Source of the DNA: a virus
Taxonomy: Duplodnaviria; Caudoviricetes
IMG/VR virus record: IMGVR_UViG_3300037249_001000
Coordinates: 32,001-96,000 of that record
Strand: one strand, 5' to 3'
Length of the DNA stretch: 64,000 nucleotides
Positions 58,331 through 64,000 of this stretch are shown here, one piece after another (within the stretch, counting starts at the first letter, position 1; every line of letters starts with the position of its first letter). The position numbers and the translations under genes are program-made. Under the pieces are notes generated by a model. The model was given only the letters and a program-made list of their open reading frames with translations, was not told the origin of the DNA and did not search any database.

Positions 58331-59530
58331 ATGGAGAACCTATACGATATCAGTAAAGAAATTAGAATACTTGATAGTGAAATAAATCGATATTCTTTTT
58401 TATTAGAATCGGATGAAAGTACTATTGATAATTATTATTTAACTGGTGATTCTTTATTTATAGAAGCTGATGATTCTAATAAGAGACCATCTATTTTAGC
58501 TTCAATAATCAATGCAATTAAAAGATTTATTACAAAATGTAAAGCTAAATTTTTTAAATTAATTGGATCTGATAAATATAAAGAATATGAAAAAGAGTTA
58601 TCTGAAAATAAAAAACTTGCTAATAAAGAGGTTAAGTATAATCCTAGAACTAAAGAATTTGATGTTATTAATAAAGATACAAAAGATATTAATGAAATAA
58701 TCAATAAAATTAAAAATGGAACAGCAACTGATGAAGAAATTTCAAGATTAGAAGAGCAAGTTCATAAGCATAAAGGATTAAATATAGGAGGGATTGCAGC
58801 AGGTGCAGGATTAACCGCATTTACTTTATATCAATTATTTAGTGAAGTCAAAAAAAGACAAAATGAAAAAGAAAAAATAACTGACGCTGATTTTCAGTTT
58901 ATATATCAGCCGAGTTTATTAGATCCGAATAAAACAGCGTTTTCTGATGAGCAGATTAGACAACTCCAAAAAGCATTTGCAATTGCTAAAGAAAATATTG
59001 AAGAACGAAATACCTTACTTTTGAAAACACAACAAGATATGGATGCTATATTAGATAGTGAAATGAAAGAACTTTTATCAGCACATGCTGAATCATCGTA
59101 TGACGCACGAAAACTTGCTGAAAAACAAGTTGGTATTGGTAAGAAATTTAAAGAAAATAAAAATAATGATATTAATAAATTTAGAAATCAACACATATCT
59201 AGTGATAATCAATTAAATAATTATGATAATGATATTAAAAATAAGTCTAATACAGAAAAACAAAATATAGCAAGAAAATTAAGAAATGAAATTGATGAAA
59301 ATGATGATTATATGCATTCTAAAAGTTTAAAACAAAATTTAAAAGATAAAGCTAATGTTGCAGCAGATCATATCATTTATCATGCGGATTATAAACAAGA
59401 AAAAGAAAAAGAGAGAGAAGACGCTAAAGAACGAAAAAAGAAAGAAAAAGAAAGAAAACGTGCAGCTAAAGAAGAAAATAATAAAATGAAAAGAATGTTT
59501 AGAGAGGGTGTTAATTATTATGATGACTAA
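58331..59530 (+). CDS. Probable internal head/ejected protein
   Basis: FLLE-SD and LFIE-AD sites, amphipathic ILASIINAIKRFI helix, GGIAAGAGLTAF segment, coiled coils. Confidence 0.55.
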   Translation: MENLYDISKEIRILDSEINRYSFLLESDESTIDNYYLTGDSLFIEADDSNKRPSILASIINAIKRFITKCKAKFFKLIGSDKYKEYEKELSENKKLANKEVKYNPRTKEFDVINKDTKDINEIINKIKNGTATDEEISRLEEQVHKHKGLNIGGIAAGAGLTAFTLYQLFSEVKKRQNEKEKITDADFQFIYQPSLLDPNKTAFSDEQIRQLQKAFAIAKENIEERNTLLLKTQQDMDAILDSEMKELLSAHAESSYDARKLAEKQVGIGKKFKENKNNDINKFRNQHISSDNQLNNYDNDIKNKSNTEKQNIARKLRNEIDENDDYMHSKSLKQNLKDKANVAADHIIYHADYKQEKEKEREDAKERKKKEKERKRAAKEENNKMKRMFREGVNYYDD

Positions 59531-61205
59531 AGAAGAAAAAAATTCCATTGCTTCTATTATTTATGAAAGATATTCTGTTGGAGAAATTTCATTAGATGAA
59601 CGAGAGGATTTACTTAAAGAATTAAATAATAAATATATAAAAGAGAATACTCTTGTAGAAGATTTTGAAATAGACGAAGATGTTTTGGATAAATTGAATA
59701 TGTTTAAGGAATCAGTATACGATAAGTATGCTAGAGGTGAAATTACATTAGAAACAAGAGAAAAATTAATTACTAGAGCTAACGAAGAATTTGCTGATAT
59801 GTATATGGAGTCGGACCAAGTAAATATCTTTAAGAAAAAAATGGATGAACTCCGAAGAAAAAATTCACATAAACGTGATGATTTTAAAAAGAAAAAAATG
59901 AATAAATTTAATAATAATGCTATTGCTGCTATAAAACAAATTATAGAAAAGAATGAACGTAATTTAAAAGGTTTAATTTTTTGCTATCCTCATTATACTC
60001 ATTTAATGAGAAAAGATGCGGCAGACGCTGTTAAACAACTTCGTGACATTATTGAAGAAATCGATCCTGTACAAAAAAGTGTAGAAGAAAATAAAGATGT
60101 TGTTAATAAATATAAAAAAACATCTGATGAAATTGGAAAAACATTTAAAAAATACGAAGAAGGAATTAAGGGTTATATGATACAAGTTCATGTTGGTGAA
60201 TTTTATAAAAATTTATGTGAATTTGCTAAACATATGACAGACGATATTAACTGGTTAGAATCAATAGATAAAAATATGTACGACATTGTGACAGCCAGAT
60301 CTAAAAAAATTAAAGATAAAGCGATATATAATGCATTAAATTCTATGTATTCTGATTATTGTCAATTCTCTTTATTTATATTAGATTTATATACGACAGA
60401 AATTTATTCTTATCTTAGAGGTATAAGCATTTTAAATAAATATAATAAACAGCATAAAGAACATGAATTGACCCCTGAAGCTCAACGTATAAAAAATGTT
60501 GATAACGATCCAATGTTGAATAGTTTGATGAAAAAAGGTTCTAAGAATAAAAATGGATATTATTTAGATTTTACTGATGATAGTAATCCGAAAGATAGTT
60601 ATACTACAAGAAAGTATAATTTATACACAAATGACAGTGATGACCATATAAAAGAGTCCGCTTATGAAAGATATTACAATGGTGAAATTTCTTTGGATGA
60701 ATTTATTACAGAGGGATTTATTAAAACAAAAATAGATGAAATAAAAGCAAAGAAAGATAAGAAAAATGAACTAGAAATTGAGTATTCTATTAAAAACGCG
60801 GCATCATCTGATTTAGATAAATTTTATAAAAATTGTGATTTTGCTATATTTACAAATAAAAAATTTAATGATAAAGATGCTAAAAATTTATCAAAAAAGT
60901 TATATAGTATAGATGGTTTTAATAAATCTATAAAAACAATTAATTTCTTTATAGTTGATGGAAAAACCATGAATAAAAAGTATGATTTAAATGCTTCGAA
61001 ATATAAAGATAATGATATATTAATTATTTTTCCATTAAATTTATTTAAAACAACTAATAGTATAGTTATAGCTAAGCAAATGACAAATTCAAGATATTTT
61101 AATGATATCGTTGATAATAATGAATACAGAGAAGTTCAAGCTGGTCATCATAAAATGAGTGAACAGGTTGAACATATTGATAAATATTTTAAATCATTAA
61201 AATAA
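59523..61205 (+). CDS. Probable internal head protein with three SHOCT-like repeats
   Basis: IYERYSVGEISLDERE, VYDKYARGEITLETRE, AYERYYNGEISLDE. Confidence 0.6.
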   Translation: MTKEEKNSIASIIYERYSVGEISLDEREDLLKELNNKYIKENTLVEDFEIDEDVLDKLNMFKESVYDKYARGEITLETREKLITRANEEFADMYMESDQVNIFKKKMDELRRKNSHKRDDFKKKKMNKFNNNAIAAIKQIIEKNERNLKGLIFCYPHYTHLMRKDAADAVKQLRDIIEEIDPVQKSVEENKDVVNKYKKTSDEIGKTFKKYEEGIKGYMIQVHVGEFYKNLCEFAKHMTDDINWLESIDKNMYDIVTARSKKIKDKAIYNALNSMYSDYCQFSLFILDLYTTEIYSYLRGISILNKYNKQHKEHELTPEAQRIKNVDNDPMLNSLMKKGSKNKNGYYLDFTDDSNPKDSYTTRKYNLYTNDSDDHIKESAYERYYNGEISLDEFITEGFIKTKIDEIKAKKDKKNELEIEYSIKNAASSDLDKFYKNCDFAIFTNKKFNDKDAKNLSKKLYSIDGFNKSIKTINFFIVDGKTMNKKYDLNASKYKDNDILIIFPLNLFKTTNSIVIAKQMTNSRYFNDIVDNNEYREVQAGHHKMSEQVEHIDKYFKSLK

Positions 61206-61226
61206 TGAAGAAAGGGATGAGATAAT

Positions 61227-61949
61227 ATGAACCTTTCTGAAGTTATAACTCGTATTAAATTAAAATTAGGTATTATGAATATTGCTGCTCCAATACAAAA
61301 TCTCGATGGTACTATTTCAACTATTATTAAAGAAATAACTATTCCAGATTTTTCTTTGTATAATCCCGATAAACAAAATATTCGTTTAGAATTAAAGGAT
61401 TTAGAAAGATTAGAACATACAAATAGTTACGATACATATCTTTTACCTGATTTTAAAACGAAGAAATTGTTATATGTATTTAATGTATACTATGATGATT
61501 CTACATTAGCAGGATTTGGTCATTATGGTGGAGCATTACCTATGGTAGGTGGTCATATGATGGCTCAAGCTTTATCATCTAATGCTGCTGCTAATTTATA
61601 TAATTTAATGATGCCTAAGATGACATTTGAATATATTCATCCACGGCGTATTAAAATATTTAATCAATATTCAGAATCTAAATTAGTTTTTGAATTAGGA
61701 TTCCAACATGATGTATCATTAGCATCTATTCCTGAAACATGCAGAACTTCTTTTATGGAATTAGCTTTACTTGATGTTAAAGAAAATTTATATCCTATTT
61801 TTAAAAATTATACAAATTTGTCAACCGCTATTGGTAATATTGATTTAAAGATAGAATCATGGGAATCAGCAGAAAGTGACCGTAAAGAATTAATTAATAC
61901 ATGGAACAATAGTTATCATTTAGATTTTACACCAATGTATTATGCTTAA
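61227..61949 (+). CDS. Probable virion structural (neck/head-completion-like) protein
   Basis: Last gene of the late operon; RIKLKLG start, ASIPETCR..FMELALLDVK. Confidence 0.45.
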   Translation: MNLSEVITRIKLKLGIMNIAAPIQNLDGTISTIIKEITIPDFSLYNPDKQNIRLELKDLERLEHTNSYDTYLLPDFKTKKLLYVFNVYYDDSTLAGFGHYGGALPMVGGHMMAQALSSNAAANLYNLMMPKMTFEYIHPRRIKIFNQYSESKLVFELGFQHDVSLASIPETCRTSFMELALLDVKENLYPIFKNYTNLSTAIGNIDLKIESWESAESDRKELINTWNNSYHLDFTPMYYA

Positions 61950-61958
61950 ATATAAAAA

Positions 61959-61997
61959 TATGAAGACAAGTATGGATTATCCATACTTGTCTTCATA
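61959..61997. terminator. Terminator between the late operon and the convergent tRNA cluster
   Basis: TATGAAGACAAGTATGGAT / ATCCATACTTGTCTTCATA. Confidence 0.8.
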
Positions 61998-62055
61998 AAT
62001 AGGAAAATTAAAAGCGGTTTACTATAGGAAATAATAATATAGAAATTCTGTAACG

Positions 62056-62144
62056 TGGTGCCGGTGACGAGATTTGAACTCGTACGGGTTATACAATCCG
62101 AGGGATTTTAAGTCCCTTGTGTCTGCCTATTCCACCACACCGGC
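62056..62144 (-). tRNA. tRNA-Leu(UAA)
   Basis: GCCGGTG acceptor, CT-TAA-AA loop, long variable arm, TTCAAAT T-loop, encoded CCA. Confidence 0.93.
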
Positions 62145-62176
62145 AAATATTTATTTCCTATGTATATATAATTAAG

Positions 62177-62248
62177 CTGGGCTGGCGAGATTCGAACTCA
62201 CGGATGACGGAGTCAAAGTCCGTTGCCTTACCACTTGGCGACAGCCCA
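62177..62248 (-). tRNA. tRNA-Gln(UUG)
   Basis: TGGGCTG/CAGCCCA acceptor, CT-TTG-AC loop, TTCGAAT. Confidence 0.93.
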
Positions 62249-62269
62249 TTATATTAGATGTTTTACTAA

Positions 62270-62335
62270 TGACTCAGTTGGATCTACGTATAGGATATAG
62301 GAGTTGTCAAATAATATATCTAACCAACTGAGTCA
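62270..62335 (-). ncRNA. Structured RNA candidate within the tRNA cluster
   Basis: 12-bp TGACTCAGTTGG/CCAACTGAGTCA stem enclosing a GATATA/TATATC stem. Confidence 0.3.
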
Positions 62336-62367
62336 AATTTTTCATTACGACTCTCTATTGAGTTGTA

Positions 62368-62443
62368 TGGTGAACCATCGGAGATTCGAACTCCGGACAC
62401 CTTGATTAAAAGTCAAGTGCTCTGCCTACTGAGCTAATGATTC
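62368..62443 (-). tRNA. tRNA-Lys(UUU)
   Basis: CTTGA-CTTTTAA-TCAAG anticodon arm, encoded CCA. Confidence 0.93.
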
Positions 62444-62452
62444 ATATAATAG

Positions 62453-62527
62453 TGCAGCCTCAGGGACTCGAACCCTGGACCAACCGGTTATGAGCCGGTA
62501 GCTCTAACCAAACTGAGCTAAGGCTAC
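62453..62527 (-). tRNA. tRNA with CAU anticodon, probably Ile2 (lysidine type)
   Basis: ACCGG-CTCATAA-CCGGT arm resembles Firmicute tRNA-Ile2; no initiator GGG/CCC. Confidence 0.85.
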
Positions 62528-62541
62528 ATTTTTTTTGTCAT

Positions 62542-62553
62542 TACTTTTATGTT
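62542..62553 (-). promoter_or_regulatory. AACA-N6-TA promoter heading the tRNA cluster
   Basis: AACA TAAAAG TA, about 15 nt before the first tRNA. Confidence 0.5.
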
Positions 62554-62726
62554 ATGTTATAAATAATTTTTTATTTAATTAAATTATTTATTTTCGAGAT
62601 TAATTATGTGTTAGTACTATAATAAAAAATTATTCGTTTTTATTATAAGAGAAATATTTTAAATATTGAAAAATAAAAAATGAAGCTACACTTATTTAAC
62701 CAAAAATGAACGAGGTGATAATATAA

Positions 62727-63962
62727 ATGACAAATATAAATCACAAAGATCTTATTATATTAGAAATATATAATAGATATTCTCGTGGAGAAATAACAAC
62801 CGAAGAACGTAATATGTTATTTAATAAATGTGATGAAGTATTTAATGAAGCTGGTAATATATTACTTAATGAAGATAGAGTAGAATATAATTGTGATACA
62901 TTGAGACCCAATTCAAATAATAATATTTTATTTATTACCGGATTTTCTGGTTCGGGTAAATCAACGTTGATGGACGAACTTTATCAAAAATATCAAGATA
63001 AAATTATTATGGTTTCAGGTGATTTCTTTTTTATGACATGTAGATATAAGTATAGAAAAGATATGTCAGCAAAATATGGAAATAAAAATTTTAATTTTAA
63101 CAGAAATGAAAAATTTGGTTTCGATAGTGAAAAAAGTAGACAGTTTCTTGGACCTATAATAACTAGATATTTTGATATCTACTATGATTCAATCACACTA
63201 TCATATGACAAATTTAGTAATCCAGAATTAATAAAATATTGGGAACATTTTGTTCTTTGGTTATATGATGATATCAATAAAAATAAATATTTATACAGAG
63301 ATAAAATTATTGTTGCAGAAGGAACGCAAATCTGCAATTCAAACCCAGAATTATATAAAGATCATGCAGTAATAATTACAGGAACATCTGCATTGGTTTC
63401 ATATGCTCGTAAAGCTAATAGAGATATCATTATCCCTAAAAAATATGATTGGAAACATATGAAAACATTATTAACAATGATTCCTGTATATATAAAAGAT
63501 ATGGGAAATATAAATAGATTACAAAAAACTATGGAAATGTTTGATGAATCTACTAAATATGATAAATATTTAAATGATGTGAATGAAATAATATCTAAAC
63601 TATCTAAAGAAGAATCAAATTATATTGGCAGAGGACAATGGGTTGATTCTGAATATGTTATATATAGAAAAGTTGAATATAACGATAATATACCAATAGC
63701 TTTTATTGATGTATATTTGATGCCTAAATATGAAAATACCGGATTAATAGTTATTGCTGTTTCTAAAGATGCTCGTGGTAAAGGTATTGGAAAGAAACTT
63801 GTGAAAGGAGCTATTAATTCTCTTAAAAGTAATAAAGATATTGATAGATTACGATGGAAAGTTGATTCTAATAATAAAATATCTATAAATATGGCAGAAT
63901 CGTTAGGTTTCGAATTATCTGAAACTACTAAAAAGGAAAAAATTTATTATTATAATTTATAA
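62727..63962 (+). CDS. SHOCT-like leader + P-loop kinase + GNAT acetyltransferase fusion
   Basis: Leader 91% identical (nt) to the 57857 gene; GFSGSGKST and IVAEG; AVSKDARGKGIGKKL and NKISINMAESLGF; TACA-N6-TA at 62687-62698. Confidence 0.75.
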   Translation: MTNINHKDLIILEIYNRYSRGEITTEERNMLFNKCDEVFNEAGNILLNEDRVEYNCDTLRPNSNNNILFITGFSGSGKSTLMDELYQKYQDKIIMVSGDFFFMTCRYKYRKDMSAKYGNKNFNFNRNEKFGFDSEKSRQFLGPIITRYFDIYYDSITLSYDKFSNPELIKYWEHFVLWLYDDINKNKYLYRDKIIVAEGTQICNSNPELYKDHAVIITGTSALVSYARKANRDIIIPKKYDWKHMKTLLTMIPVYIKDMGNINRLQKTMEMFDESTKYDKYLNDVNEIISKLSKEESNYIGRGQWVDSEYVIYRKVEYNDNIPIAFIDVYLMPKYENTGLIVIAVSKDARGKGIGKKLVKGAINSLKSNKDIDRLRWKVDSNNKISINMAESLGFELSETTKKEKIYYYNL

Positions 63963-63980
63963 AGTAAAGGAGATATAATT

Positions 63981-64000
63981 ATGAATGATTTTTATTGTGA
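63981..64000 (+). CDS. Start of the next gene (truncated by the window)
   Basis: AAAGGAG SD then ATG AAT GAT... Confidence 0.55.

Noticed and set aside
1-64000. Bacterial chromosome or integrated prophage
   Set aside because: No host housekeeping operons, integrase or rRNA; split RNAP and PolB plus phage promoter motifs throughout indicate a lytic jumbo phage

Overview
Very AT-rich (roughly a quarter GC by eye) segment of a jumbo myophage of the AR9/PBS1 (phiKZ-related) type. The host is probably a Firmicute (Clostridia/Lachnospiraceae-like endolysin, tRNAs and strong SD sites). It encodes the non-virion multisubunit RNA polymerase (beta-N, beta-C, an apparently fused beta', and a probable gp226/gp68-like specificity subunit two genes from a GroEL-like chaperonin). 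Also present: a split family-B DNA polymerase subunit, primase, two helicases, NAD ligase, RecA/UvsX, probable SSB, polyphosphate kinase 1, a frameshifted guanylate kinase, a GH25+amidase endolysin, virion proteins and 4 tRNAs. Three ORF-less group I introns (beta-N, recA, beta' active site) can be mapped to the nucleotide, and two of them are close sister introns. Two promoter classes are visible: TATATTAT (early) and AACA-N6-TA (AR9-type late). The most novel-looking signals are: (1) a portable SHOCT-like N-terminal leader ending in a putative prohead-protease site, shared by unrelated late proteins including a kinase-GNAT fusion; (2) early-gene cassettes built from an identical 40-bp promoter block, pseudoknotted 5' leaders and terminators carrying an orphan Shine-Dalgarno; (3) a mosaic 13x69-bp LRR array; (4) apparently catalytically dead PARG-like and glucosaminidase-SPOR proteins. 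Family assignments come from motif recognition only; no database searches were run.
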